Assembly: GCA_965226495.1 (NCBI GenBank)
Contig: OZ245365.1
Coordinates: 3,008,001 to 3,072,000 of the forward strand
Direction of reading: 5' to 3'
From: Candidatus Marinacidobacterales bacterium
GTDB taxonomy: Bacteria; Acidobacteriota; Vicinamibacteria; Marinacidobacterales; DATDRI01
DNA: 64,000 bases
The notes beneath the pieces were generated by a model. That model was given only the letters and a program-made list of their open reading frames with translations. It made no database searches and had not been told where the DNA came from. Each line of letters opens with the position of its first letter. The first letter of the stretch is position 1. A program made the translations under genes and the position numbers. Shown here piece by piece: positions 18,991 to 28,966 of this stretch.

Positions 18991-19638
18991 TTATCGCCCG
19001 TCCACTCGCGCTAGATAGTCTAAGGCTTCCTTGAGAGTGACAACGTCACCATACCGTTGATCGATATCGATGAGATTCGCCTCATTCGCCAGCGGCGATC
19101 GATCACCCACCGCCTCTCGAACAACCAGGGGACGAAAACCGTGTTGGGCCGCATCGACGGCCGAGGCCCTCACGCAACCGCTGGTCACGCACCCGCAAAT
19201 CAGCAGCGTGTCGATCCCGCGTTCCGAAAGCCGCGGGGCGAGGTCGGTACCGAAAAAAGCCGATCCCTGCTGCTTCGAGACGACGAGATCCGTATCCCGG
19301 CGCGGCAATCGAGGGTCGACGCGAGTCCAACGAGAGCCCTTCTCGAGGACGGCGACCCGCGGCGACTTCACGCCTAGCAAGAGCCTCTTCCCTTCATCGC
19401 CAACGTATTCGACGGTCGTGAAAACGGTGGAGATCCCACATCGCTCCGCCGCTTTCAAGATCTGGATCGTCGCGTCGATCTCCCCATCCCAATCGCCTCC
19501 GAGGGGAGACTCCTTGCTGGTGAAACCCTCGATGAAATCAACAACCAGCACGGCGGGGGCTTTACCAGCACCCATGCGAGGCGCGCAGGTGTACGGGTAA
19601 TGAGTCCGAATCCCCGCTAGCAGGTCTTCTGTTGTCAT
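18991..19638 (-). CDS. Isochorismatase-family cysteine hydrolase (N-carbamoylsarcosine amidase/maleamate amidohydrolase-like)
   Basis: VVDF, SKQQGSAFF and TSGCVRASAVD catalytic triad motifs; TGATG coupling with the DinB gene. Confidence 0.88.
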   Translation of the reverse strand: MTTEDLLAGIRTHYPYTCAPRMGAGKAPAVLVVDFIEGFTSKESPLGGDWDGEIDATIQILKAAERCGISTVFTTVEYVGDEGKRLLLGVKSPRVAVLEKGSRWTRVDPRLPRRDTDLVVSKQQGSAFFGTDLAPRLSERGIDTLLICGCVTSGCVRASAVDAAQHGFRPLVVREAVGDRSPLANEANLIDIDQRYGDVVTLKEALDYLARVDGR

Positions 19639-20138
19639 CAATCGCTGCGTTCGGGAGGGTCGATCCCCTGTATGCGCAGAAGGATGTAAACCTGGCCGCG
19701 ATGATGTGCTTCCTCTTGGACGATGCTCCACAGTAAGCGTTCGATGGAAAGTTCATGCCGGAACGCGGGGATCTCTTTTTCCATGTCTGCCGGCATGAGA
19801 TCGGCGTAGGCTTTGATGGTGGCTTCGTGAACCTTGTGCAAGAGCTTGATGCAGTCGTCGAAAGTGGGAGCATCCTCGGGCGGAAAGACACTTCCAGTCA
19901 GTATGTCCTTGGGCTCGTTGTCCAAAATGAGTTTATCGATGATGTAGTGCTCGACGTAGGCGAAGTGGCGAAGTGTGTCATTGATGCTCCGTCGCCCGTT
20001 CTCCGGGATCCAATTGAATACCGCCTCGACTTCCTCGGGAGTCTTTTCCGCTTTCAATTTCTCCACGACTTGTTCCAGACCATCGAACAGCTGCTGTCGC
20101 TCGCGCTCCCAGTACGGGTAGAGATCGTCTATCTTCAT
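19638..20138 (-). CDS. DinB-family protein
   Basis: LRHFAYVE and EEAHHRGQ motifs; 166 aa. Confidence 0.85.
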   Translation of the reverse strand: MKIDDLYPYWERERQQLFDGLEQVVEKLKAEKTPEEVEAVFNWIPENGRRSINDTLRHFAYVEHYIIDKLILDNEPKDILTGSVFPPEDAPTFDDCIKLLHKVHEATIKAYADLMPADMEKEIPAFRHELSIERLLWSIVQEEAHHRGQVYILLRIQGIDPPERSD

Positions 20139-20157
20139 GAGTGCTCCTTTTCTGTCC

Positions 20158-20285
20158 TTAGTGCGCGCTCACTCCTCGTTCGCGCGCTTGGCTCCTCGCT
20201 GCTCGCTCGGCGCACCTTTCGTCGGCCGACTCCGGCCGGGCTCGCTCCGCTCGCGCACGGTGCATTCAATTCTTGCGCACCTTGC
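20158..20285 (-). repeat. Structured intergenic repeat, copy 3 (overlaps the nitroreductase 3' end)
   Basis: Reverse complement shares TGCGCGAGCGGAGCGAGCCCGGCC and GCGAACGAGGAGTGAGCGnGCACTAA with copy 2. Confidence 0.8.
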
Positions 20286-20895
20286 GAGTGCCATAGTGGT
20301 TGTGGAAGGTCTTTTCGTGAATAGGGATGCGAAGGCTTTCCGTGAACCGAACCTCGTTGGCGGCGATGCCCAACGCAACAAACGATACGATGCGGAGCCC
20401 TCCCGGGATGTGAAGTATTTCCCGCACCCGGGGAACACGGGCCAGCCTGGCGATCCAGGTACTTCCTAAACCGATGCTGGTGGCAGTGAGCAAGAGGTTC
20501 TGGATGGCGGCGCCCATGGACATCAGGAAGAGGTCCTCCTGGCCTTGGGTCGGAATCTCGGAGGCGTCGACGTAGGATTCCTTGCTCCCGACGTTACCGC
20601 AGACGGCGATGAGGAGCGGCACGGTGATGAGATCGGCCTGTTTCCCGGACACGGTCTGATAGTGAGCATCGTGGAGCAACGACTCCTCCAGGTAAGCATC
20701 CCGGAGCTCGCGCTGGATTTTGTCATCGTCGATGAGAACCAGCTCCCACGGTTGCGTGTTAGCCGCCGACGGGGCCCACCGTACCGCTTCGAGAAGCGCA
20801 TTAGTGGCTTCCGAGGACACCTTACCCCGACGGTACTCCCTGCTTGTCCGCCTCTTCTTGATGATATCCAGAAGGGACGCCGGTCCGTCGTCCAT
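20266..20895 (-). CDS. Nitroreductase family protein
   Basis: KRRTSREY, WAPSAANTQPW and GAAIQNLLLTATSIGLGS. Confidence 0.88.
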   Translation of the reverse strand: MDDGPASLLDIIKKRRTSREYRRGKVSSEATNALLEAVRWAPSAANTQPWELVLIDDDKIQRELRDAYLEESLLHDAHYQTVSGKQADLITVPLLIAVCGNVGSKESYVDASEIPTQGQEDLFLMSMGAAIQNLLLTATSIGLGSTWIARLARVPRVREILHIPGGLRIVSFVALGIAANEVRFTESLRIPIHEKTFHNHYGTRKVRKN

Positions 20896-20897
20896 AG

Positions 20898-22337
20898 TCA
20901 GTTCGTCGCTCGGGCGCTGGTCGCCTGCCCCGACGAGCCGCGATCGACGAGCTTGCCGTCGGATACGAAGACGACGCCGCCCTTGATGACGTGTGATACA
21001 CGATGCTGCAGAATGGCCACATCGAACAGCGGGTCTCCGTCGACTACGATGACGTCGGCTAACTTTCCCACCGAAATCGTACCCAGCTCGTCGTCGACCC
21101 CTTGCATCTGAGCGGGCCGAAACGTTGCGGCCTGGATCGCCTCCATGTTGGTCAGGCCCGCGTCGGCCAGGTTCTCGATCTCGCGCGCGAGAGGACTGTG
21201 GAAGTTGAGCGGCGCTCCCGTGTCGCACCCCGCCACGACTTGCTCACGTCCACCCGCCTCGATGTAACGCTTCAGCTTTCGCTTGGCGACCTTGATGCGC
21301 TCCGGGGCCCCGATCCCCCACGGGATTGCGGAGGGGTTGCGCCATGTCTCGACCAGCGCCGCGTAAATATCGGGGGCGAATTGCTTCTTCAAACGCGGGT
21401 GCTCAGCGACTTCCGGAAAGCTGATGGCACGGGCGTAGGCGTTTCGCATCTCGATGGTGGGCACGATGTACGGGCCGCGCAAAATGTTGGCGGACGGCCC
21501 CAGGGCGACCGGCTTGGCGCCTCGCACCAAAAGGCGCAAGTCCTCGTCGCTATAGTCGGAAAGGGCGTCGGCGGTAAACACATGATGCATCCGATCCACA
21601 CCGGCATAAACCGCGGTGCGATAGGCCTCGATGTGCCGCACATCCGCGTCGACGCCGATGCCGGCTTGGTGCGCGGCATCGGTCACCGCCTCGAGCACCG
21701 GTCGATCCCAGAACCCGTAGACCTTGATCTGATCCACCCCCATCGCGATGATGCGCTCCGCGGTGGCGCGGGCTTCCTCGGGATTGCTCACCGAATACTC
21801 ACCCGGGGTTCTCCCCACGCTTCTGGTGCTTTGATTCATGATGGGGCCGGCGAAATACATTCGCGGACCGACCTTCTCGCCTGCCTCGATTTGAGCTCGC
21901 AGCTCCTGTTGTTGCTTCAACGGCCCGCCGGTATCGCGGAAGCTCGTGATCCCTGCCAGCAAATTCGTTTGAGCGGTCGAGGTCATGACCTCGATCTCGC
22001 GTCCGGAGAAGTCTCTCGGGAGCATCGCCGGATCGCCCTCCCCGACATGCCACAAATGACCATGCGATTCCCACAGACCAGGCATGACGGTCATGCCGTT
22101 GGCATCTACGACCTGGGCTCCGCTCGGAACCTCCAGAGCGCCAACTCGTCCCACCGCGACGATCCGGTCACCTTGTACGAGAACGACGGAGTTCCGCAGT
22201 GGCTCGCCGCCAAAACCATCGATGAGACTACCTCCTACGATCGCCAGGGTAGCTGATCCCTGACTCTCTGCGGTAGGCGTTCCCACTAGCAAGAGAAGAA
22301 CTAAGGCTAAACCGGCTAGATCAAACTTTCTCTTCAT
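20898..22337 (-). CDS. Secreted amidohydrolase family protein
   Basis: Signal peptide; PGLWESHGH, AGITSFRD, GCDTG and GKLAD. Confidence 0.9.
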   Translation of the reverse strand: MKRKFDLAGLALVLLLLVGTPTAESQGSATLAIVGGSLIDGFGGEPLRNSVVLVQGDRIVAVGRVGALEVPSGAQVVDANGMTVMPGLWESHGHLWHVGEGDPAMLPRDFSGREIEVMTSTAQTNLLAGITSFRDTGGPLKQQQELRAQIEAGEKVGPRMYFAGPIMNQSTRSVGRTPGEYSVSNPEEARATAERIIAMGVDQIKVYGFWDRPVLEAVTDAAHQAGIGVDADVRHIEAYRTAVYAGVDRMHHVFTADALSDYSDEDLRLLVRGAKPVALGPSANILRGPYIVPTIEMRNAYARAISFPEVAEHPRLKKQFAPDIYAALVETWRNPSAIPWGIGAPERIKVAKRKLKRYIEAGGREQVVAGCDTGAPLNFHSPLAREIENLADAGLTNMEAIQAATFRPAQMQGVDDELGTISVGKLADVIVVDGDPLFDVAILQHRVSHVIKGGVVFVSDGKLVDRGSSGQATSARATN

Positions 22338-22361
22338 GTCATTCTCCTAATATCCAAATCG

Positions 22362-23744
22362 TCAGTTCCATGACAAACCGTCGTAACGTACGCCATCCCT
22401 CATCACGAAATGGATGCGATTCCATGCCCAGCGCTCGGTCAACGGGTCGGCCCGGAGTGAGATCATATCCGCCCGTTTTCCAACCTCCAGCGTTCCCAAG
22501 CGATCCCCGTAACCCACATTCTGAGCGGCAACCGCCGTCGCCGCGCGGATCGCGTCCATGGGCGGAAAACCTCCTTCGATCAGGAACTCGATCGAATTGC
22601 CAATCCCACCGTAGTACAGCGTGTCCAAGCCCAGGCTGAGCGGGACGCCGGCACGATGGGCAGCGAGCGCCTGACTCTGCTGCGTCCGGATGGAAGGAAA
22701 GAAGTCCCGGCCGGCGCGATTGGCCTCATTGTCCTGATAGTCACGGTCCACCGTCTCGACGTCTGGGTTTTCTTTTCGATAGTCGAAGTAGTGCTGGCGG
22801 CCGTAGTCGATCCAATCACCGGGTGCCTTGGCGCCAGTGTCCATGAACTTCCAGGTGCTCTTGTCGGGACGGAGTCCCACGTAAACCAGTGGCGTAAAGC
22901 TGACCGTGGTTCCGTGCTCCACCATCATTTGAATGATCTCGTCCGTCATAGGGCGGGCGTGCTCGATGTTGTCGGCCCCGGCGAGAATGGCAGTCTTCAT
23001 CGATGAGCCCCAACGACCGGTGGCGTGGACAGTCACTTTGATTCCCAGGCGATGCGCCTCATCGACCAACGCTTTAAGCTCCTCGAGGGTAAACATCGTG
23101 GCTTCCGGCGAGCGATCGATCAATGTGACCTTTACCCATTCCGCCCCGTGGTGAAAGTTCTCCCTTACTTGTCGCCTGGCTTCCCAAGGACTATCAACCC
23201 AATATTTGGGATCGACGAAGTGGCCGCCCGTCGGAGTGATGATCGGCCCTCCCAGGATCAAACGCGGACCGGGCACCATACCTTCACGGATCGCATCACG
23301 CAAATGGAGGTCGTTCCAATGGGCTTCCCCGGTCATGCGCGAGGTCGTGATACCACAAAGTAGCTGCACGCGAGCGTTGCGGACCATACGAAGCATCTGG
23401 ATCGCGTCGGGCTGCATGAGCTGACCGACGAGTCCTTCCACACCCACTCCGACATCGATGCCATATCGCAAACTGAGATGGGTGTGGGTGTCGATCAACC
23501 CAGGGAGCAGCGTTTCCCCTTTCAAATCAATAACTTCCGCGCCTGACGGAATCGCGACACGGGAAGCAGGACCGACCGCTTCGATCGTGTCGCCCCGCAC
23601 GACGACCACGCCGTCCTCAATGGGCGCTCCACCGGTTCCATCGATAATCTGACCCGCCTTGACGACGATGATTTCTTCCTGAGCGGCGACGCAAATGGAG
23701 AGCGAGAGAAGGAAAACAATGAATGTGAAGTTCCTGATTTTCAT
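22362..23744 (-). CDS. Secreted amidohydrolase family protein (prolidase-like subgroup)
   Basis: Signal peptide; PGLIDTHTH, TGGH, VHA, IEH and GLDT. Confidence 0.9.
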   Translation of the reverse strand: MKIRNFTFIVFLLSLSICVAAQEEIIVVKAGQIIDGTGGAPIEDGVVVVRGDTIEAVGPASRVAIPSGAEVIDLKGETLLPGLIDTHTHLSLRYGIDVGVGVEGLVGQLMQPDAIQMLRMVRNARVQLLCGITTSRMTGEAHWNDLHLRDAIREGMVPGPRLILGGPIITPTGGHFVDPKYWVDSPWEARRQVRENFHHGAEWVKVTLIDRSPEATMFTLEELKALVDEAHRLGIKVTVHATGRWGSSMKTAILAGADNIEHARPMTDEIIQMMVEHGTTVSFTPLVYVGLRPDKSTWKFMDTGAKAPGDWIDYGRQHYFDYRKENPDVETVDRDYQDNEANRAGRDFFPSIRTQQSQALAAHRAGVPLSLGLDTLYYGGIGNSIEFLIEGGFPPMDAIRAATAVAAQNVGYGDRLGTLEVGKRADMISLRADPLTERWAWNRIHFVMRDGVRYDGLSWN

Positions 23745-23755
23745 TCTATTTTTCC

Positions 23756-24820
23756 TTATCGGGAGTCGTCGGAGACGAGGATTTCTGAGAAAAAGGGCAA
23801 TACCTTCTTTTCGAGTCGCTCGCCAATGCGGCTGGTGTGATCGCCCTGATACTGCTCAAAGGAGTGCTCGATGTCTCGCGCAGCGAGTGCTTGGGACAAC
23901 GTGCGGCTACCCAGAGGGATGTGCGTGATCGGATCGGTATCGCCGACGTCGAAGCCGATGCCCCGTAAACGGGCGAATCCTCCTGCGAAAGCATCCATGG
24001 ACTCCGCCGGGAAGCGCGTTATCCACTCCTCGTGACCATCTGCATCCGGGACGACCGATCCGCCCGCCAGCTTGAACGGAAAGTCTACGAGGAACGGTTC
24101 GTTCTCCAGATTCGGCGACATCGCCGCGGCTACGGAGACGAAGGCGTTTGGATACATTCCAGCCCTCACGAGCTCCTTTCGTTTCGTGAGCCGCAGCGTC
24201 GGGACCCACTCGGGGTTCCCGGCCGTCACGTCTCCCTCCATAGAGAGACAGCAGGCGCTCAACCCGTAGACCGCCGAGTAGACATCGGGATGGCGAGCGG
24301 CCAAGTAAATCGCCCCGTAGCCTCCCATCGAATGGCCCGCGATGCCACGGCTCTCGCTCTTGGGTAATGTGCGATAGGTCTCGTCGATAAACTCCAGCAG
24401 GTCCTTGGTGATGAAATCGCCCCAGTTGCCCGTAACGGACGAGTTGATGTAGTAGCTTCCCCCGTACGCGTTGCGCCCATCCGGCATCACCAGGATCATC
24501 TCCTGGATCTTTTCTTCCCCAATCAGTCGGTCCACTACGGCCTGAACGCTAAACCCCTGGAAGAATCCATCTCGCCAGATAGTGTTCGTGTCGTCGTAGC
24601 CATGGAGGAGATAGACCGTCGGATACCGCTTGTCGCTCTCGTGATAAGCGGGCGGGAGATACACGATGACACTCCGGTAGGCGGGGTCACCCAAGAGGTT
24701 ATTCTTCAGCGCCTCACTGTAGACACTCTGGTAGACGAGCTCGCCCTCGCCGGCCGCGACGAAGGTGCCCCCTGCCGACGCCGAGAAACAAAGCGCGATC
24801 CAGAAGGTCCGAAGTTTCAT
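23756..24820 (-). CDS. Secreted putative esterase (alpha/beta hydrolase)
   Basis: Start MKLRTFW with ATGA overlap; VYLPP, YLLHG and GHSMGG. Confidence 0.88.
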   Translation of the reverse strand: MKLRTFWIALCFSASAGGTFVAAGEGELVYQSVYSEALKNNLLGDPAYRSVIVYLPPAYHESDKRYPTVYLLHGYDDTNTIWRDGFFQGFSVQAVVDRLIGEEKIQEMILVMPDGRNAYGGSYYINSSVTGNWGDFITKDLLEFIDETYRTLPKSESRGIAGHSMGGYGAIYLAARHPDVYSAVYGLSACCLSMEGDVTAGNPEWVPTLRLTKRKELVRAGMYPNAFVSVAAAMSPNLENEPFLVDFPFKLAGGSVVPDADGHEEWITRFPAESMDAFAGGFARLRGIGFDVGDTDPITHIPLGSRTLSQALAARDIEHSFEQYQGDHTSRIGERLEKKVLPFFSEILVSDDSR

Positions 24821-25530
24821 AGACGTCTTGCCATCTCTTTCCTGGGCGTCGGAAAGGCCCGTTTGCTCTGCGCCAAATCCATCTTTACCAGCATCTCGCA
24901 CATTCGTATTCCAGCGACGCCCGCATCGATTACCGGGATGCCCAGGGCCTCCTGCGCGTCGCTCGCGAGCCCGATCATTCCTGTGCAACCCAAGATCAGC
25001 GAGTCTGCGCCGTCTTCTTCGATCGCCCTTCGCCCCTCGGCGATGGTCTTGTCCAGGACCGCATCGTCTTTCTCCAGATCCACGACGGGGACTTCGATCG
25101 ATCGGATCGAGGCCATGCGATCGTCGAGCCCGGTCAGCCGGATCTTGTCCACCATGAAGCCGTTGCCCCGACTGAGTGGAGACAACCAAGTGAATCTCCG
25201 ACCAACGAGGCAGGCGAGCGCCACCGACGTTTCCATGATCCCAACCACCGGGATGTCCAAATGCTCCTTGGCCGCCGCGACGCCCGGATCGGCTGCGCAG
25301 AAGACAATCAAACCGTCGTAGCGCATCTGATCGGTGCTCTCGATTTCCTGGATCAAGTAGGTCATTTGGATGTCTTCCCAGAAATGCTGTTCTGGAGATT
25401 CGATCCCCTGCTTAAGAAAGACCCAGTCGAGCTCGGTCTCGGGATCGTAGGCATTCGCGTATCCGGCCTTCATGCGCGGAAGCCAGTCGACGCTGGTGAC
25501 GATTACTGGATTGATGACTTTTATTTTCAT
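24817..25530 (-). CDS. Hydantoin racemase (Asp/Glu/hydantoin racemase family)
   Basis: MKIKVINP start; two catalytic cysteines in CAADPG and LGCTGM; IPVID. Confidence 0.88.
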   Translation of the reverse strand: MKIKVINPVIVTSVDWLPRMKAGYANAYDPETELDWVFLKQGIESPEQHFWEDIQMTYLIQEIESTDQMRYDGLIVFCAADPGVAAAKEHLDIPVVGIMETSVALACLVGRRFTWLSPLSRGNGFMVDKIRLTGLDDRMASIRSIEVPVVDLEKDDAVLDKTIAEGRRAIEEDGADSLILGCTGMIGLASDAQEALGIPVIDAGVAGIRMCEMLVKMDLAQSKRAFPTPRKEMARRL

Positions 25531-25545
25531 ACTGCCCTCCCACGC

Positions 25546-26940
25546 TCAATTCCAGCTAAGCGTGTCGTAGCGTTCTCCGTTCTTCATTATTAGTCGAATC
25601 TTGTGTAGGGCCCGAACATCGGCCCGGGGGTCGCCGTCGACGGAGATGATATCTGCCGCCCGACCCGGTCGAAGCGTGCCGACGATATCATCAAAACCGC
25701 TGATCTCGGCGGCGGAGCCGGTGGCGATGTGAATAACGTCCTTTAGGGGAATGCCGGCTTCCACGAGCCACTCCATGCTGAGCGTGATGCCTCCATAAAT
25801 CGTGTCCAACCCCAGGCTCATCGGGATACCAGCCCGAAACGCCTTCAGAACCTCGGCCTGTCGTTTCTTGACCGCCGGGAAGTGATCCCGGCTGGCCCGG
25901 TTGGACTCGTTGTCAGCGTAAGGTCGATTCTCCGTCTCCCAGTCAGGATGCTCACGCCGCCACGTCACCATAACCTCGCGCATGAAGTTGATCCACTGCT
26001 CCCCCGTCTCCACATCATGATCCAGGTAGCGCCACCACTCGGGAGTGGGACGAAAACCGATGTACACGAGCGGTGTCAGACTCACAGCGGTTCCGTTATC
26101 CTTCAAGAGCTGAATGATCTCGTCGCTCAGCGGACGAGCATGCTCGATGCTATCCGCACCCGCTTCCACCGCGACACGAATCGCGGAACCCCAATTACCC
26201 GTGCAGTGGGCAGTTACAGGGATGCCCGAGGCGTGGGCGACGTCGACCGCGGCCTTGGCCTCTTCGTGCGTGAGCTGACTCTTGGTGGGAGAAAGGTCCA
26301 TCATCGACAGCTTGATCACCCGGGCCCCGTGCTCGAAGTTCGTACGCACGATCTTCACCGCTTCCCAGGGGCCGTCGATTTCGAGAGTGAATGGCGCTCC
26401 ATGGCCACCGGTACCGGTGATGCCTTCTCCCGAAGGGATGATCCGGGGACCGGCGACCATGCCAGAGTCAATCGCATCCTTGATGGCGAAGTCCAGACCC
26501 TGCACTTCTCCCGTCATTCGCATGGTTGTGATTCCGCAGAGAAGCTGGGTCCTTGCGTTCTTGGTGAAACGCATTCCTAGTGCACCCGCGTTCCCGCTGG
26601 CTTGCGCACGACGCCCCAGCGCCCCTCCCCCCGCGTAGCGGTACCGGAGATGGCCATGCGTATCCCAAAGCCCGGGCATGACGGTGTGGTCCCCGAGATC
26701 CAGCGTCTCAGCGTTCGCCGGTATCCTCACATCCGAAGCACGACCAACCGACTCGATGACGCCGTCTCGAACGACCACCACTGCATCGGCGATGGGCTCG
26801 GCGCCGGTGCCGTCGTAGAGCAGTGCGGCCTTGACCGCGAGGGGGCGGTCGGCTTGCGCCGCTTCACCGGCCAGCGGAAAGTGGCTGAAGCAGAAGGAAA
26901 GGATCGCTAACAAGATGGTGCGCTGACCTCGCGGCATCAT
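25546..26940 (-). CDS. Secreted amidohydrolase family protein (close paralog of 22362-23744)
   Basis: Signal peptide; PGLWDTHGH; shared QLLCGITTxRMTGE, TPLVYxGxRP and YDxLSWN. Confidence 0.9.
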   Translation of the reverse strand: MMPRGQRTILLAILSFCFSHFPLAGEAAQADRPLAVKAALLYDGTGAEPIADAVVVVRDGVIESVGRASDVRIPANAETLDLGDHTVMPGLWDTHGHLRYRYAGGGALGRRAQASGNAGALGMRFTKNARTQLLCGITTMRMTGEVQGLDFAIKDAIDSGMVAGPRIIPSGEGITGTGGHGAPFTLEIDGPWEAVKIVRTNFEHGARVIKLSMMDLSPTKSQLTHEEAKAAVDVAHASGIPVTAHCTGNWGSAIRVAVEAGADSIEHARPLSDEIIQLLKDNGTAVSLTPLVYIGFRPTPEWWRYLDHDVETGEQWINFMREVMVTWRREHPDWETENRPYADNESNRASRDHFPAVKKRQAEVLKAFRAGIPMSLGLDTIYGGITLSMEWLVEAGIPLKDVIHIATGSAAEISGFDDIVGTLRPGRAADIISVDGDPRADVRALHKIRLIMKNGERYDTLSWN

Positions 26941-27004
26941 GTCCTCCAATGTCCTATTTCCAGATCGGACGTTTGTCCCATTCAGAGATCTGGCCCGTGC
27001 CCCC

Positions 27005-28966
27005 TCAGGGTAAGCTCAGGGCGACTAACTCCGCAGGCTCCGACGCGCCGCCGATCGCCACCACGATGTACTGCTTGCCGTCGATCATGTAAGACATCGG
27101 CGCACCGGTGGCGTTCCCAGGGAGCGGAACTTCTGCGATCAAACTACCGTCACTCGGGTCGAACGCCATGAGAGAGGCGTCCACGTTCGTCAACTTCAAA
27201 CCACCGACGTCCCCTCGCGGGGTGCGCTGCGAGCTCCGGTCACCTTCTTGCGCGACAAAGAGCAATGTTTTGGTCGCCAACGGGAAGCTGCGCCGCGGCC
27301 ACCCCACTCGAGGCAAGTCCAAACCCTCGAGCGCCGGATGGTCGACGGGTCCCTTGCCCAGTGTCGCCACCCACTTGTGCTCCCCAGTGCTCAGATCGAT
27401 GGCGGTCAACCGAGCGTACGGTGGTTTGAAAAGCGGAAGTCCCTGTGGCGCCCCCGGCATCGACACATTACCCATGAGTCTCATGTCGGAGCGCTCTGGA
27501 TCGGGCGCCATCAGCTTGACCGCCGTCGGTGACAAGATGGAGGGAACGTAGAGGGTCTCGGTTTCGGGGTCGAAGGCGGCGCCCGCCCAGCTCGCACCGC
27601 CCGCCCAACCGGGCAAGACGATGGTCACCCGCGTGGTCGGCGGCGTGTACAGGGGACCGTATTCGTATTGCTCCAGGATGGCCTCGCCCTCCGAGCGAAG
27701 CTCGGGCGTGAAATCGATCAGCCGATCAACCGCGACACCCTGCGGCTCGAACGGCGGCGGTTTCGTCGGAAACGGCTGCGTTGGAGAAGACTTCTCACCG
27801 GAAACGGTCGACTGCGGAACGGGACGCTCCTCGATGGGCCAGACGGGCTCTCCCGTCACACGATCGAAAACGAACGTGAAGCCCTGCTTGGTAACTTGTG
27901 CGACGGCCTTGACCTCCTTCCCATCCACAGTAATGTCGACCAAGTTGGGGGCGGCGGGCAGATCATAATCCCAGAGGCCGTGGTGAACGATCTGGAAGTG
28001 CCACACTCGCTGCCCACTCGCAGCGTCGAGCGCCACTAACGCCTCGCCGAACAAGTTGTCGCCGCCGCGGTGCCCTCCATAGAAGTCGTTGGTCGGAGTG
28101 CCAAAGGGAAGGTAAACGTAACCGAGCTCCTCATCGCAGCTCATCAATGTCCAAACGTTAGTATTGCCAGTCGAGCTCCAAGCCCCGTCCTCCCACGTCT
28201 CGACTCCAGTCTCTCCCCGTTGAGGCACAGAGTGGAAAGTCCAGAGCTCTTCGCCGCTCACCGCATCGAATCCCCGCACGTCACCGACCGGCATCTTGGT
28301 GCTGGGCTCGAAGTCACTCATCGAAGACCCCACCACCACAACGTTGCCGCAGACGATCGGTGGCGACGTCATCGTATAAACATCGCGTCGATCGGAGCCG
28401 CGAAGCCCCTCCACCAAATCGATCCGCCCGTTCTCACCAAACCCCTCGATCGGCGCGCCCGTCTCCGCGTCGAGCGCTACCAGATGCGCGTCTCCGGTGG
28501 CGATGAATACTCTCCCCTCCCAAAACTCAACGCCGCGATGGATGAACCACTTCGAGGGCGTATCATTCTTCCAAGATTCCGGGTCGAAAGACCAGAGCGT
28601 CTCACCCGTCCGCGCATCGATAGCGGCGACTTGACTCAGCGAAGTGCTGGTATAGAGAACGCCATCGATCGTGACGGGTGTCACTTCGTAGGCCCATGAC
28701 CAAAGCTCCGGATTCCGATCGAGCACTTCCTTTTCGACCGAAACCCACCGCCACGCGATTTGCAGATCGCCAACGTTCTCGGCGCGAATCTGGTCGAGAG
28801 CCACGTACTTGGAGCTCGCCTTGTCCGATCCATAGGACCGCCAGTCGATATTGTCGAGTGGGTCCGGGGCGTTCACCTTCTCCGGGCTCGCACAGGAAAC
28901 GAGTATCCCTGCCACGCCAACCGTAATGAAGAGAACAAAGACAGCAGCAGTTTGTCTCATTTTCAA
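27005..28966 (-). CDS. PQQ-dependent dehydrogenase (glucose/quinate/shikimate family), lipoprotein
   Basis: Lipobox LVSC; HRGV, WHFQIVHHGLWDYD, KQGFTFVFDR and PMSYMIDGKQY. Confidence 0.9.
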   Translation of the reverse strand: MKMRQTAAVFVLFITVGVAGILVSCASPEKVNAPDPLDNIDWRSYGSDKASSKYVALDQIRAENVGDLQIAWRWVSVEKEVLDRNPELWSWAYEVTPVTIDGVLYTSTSLSQVAAIDARTGETLWSFDPESWKNDTPSKWFIHRGVEFWEGRVFIATGDAHLVALDAETGAPIEGFGENGRIDLVEGLRGSDRRDVYTMTSPPIVCGNVVVVGSSMSDFEPSTKMPVGDVRGFDAVSGEELWTFHSVPQRGETGVETWEDGAWSSTGNTNVWTLMSCDEELGYVYLPFGTPTNDFYGGHRGGDNLFGEALVALDAASGQRVWHFQIVHHGLWDYDLPAAPNLVDITVDGKEVKAVAQVTKQGFTFVFDRVTGEPVWPIEERPVPQSTVSGEKSSPTQPFPTKPPPFEPQGVAVDRLIDFTPELRSEGEAILEQYEYGPLYTPPTTRVTIVLPGWAGGASWAGAAFDPETETLYVPSILSPTAVKLMAPDPERSDMRLMGNVSMPGAPQGLPLFKPPYARLTAIDLSTGEHKWVATLGKGPVDHPALEGLDLPRVGWPRRSFPLATKTLLFVAQEGDRSSQRTPRGDVGGLKLTNVDASLMAFDPSDGSLIAEVPLPGNATGAPMSYMIDGKQYIVVAIGGASEPAELVALSLP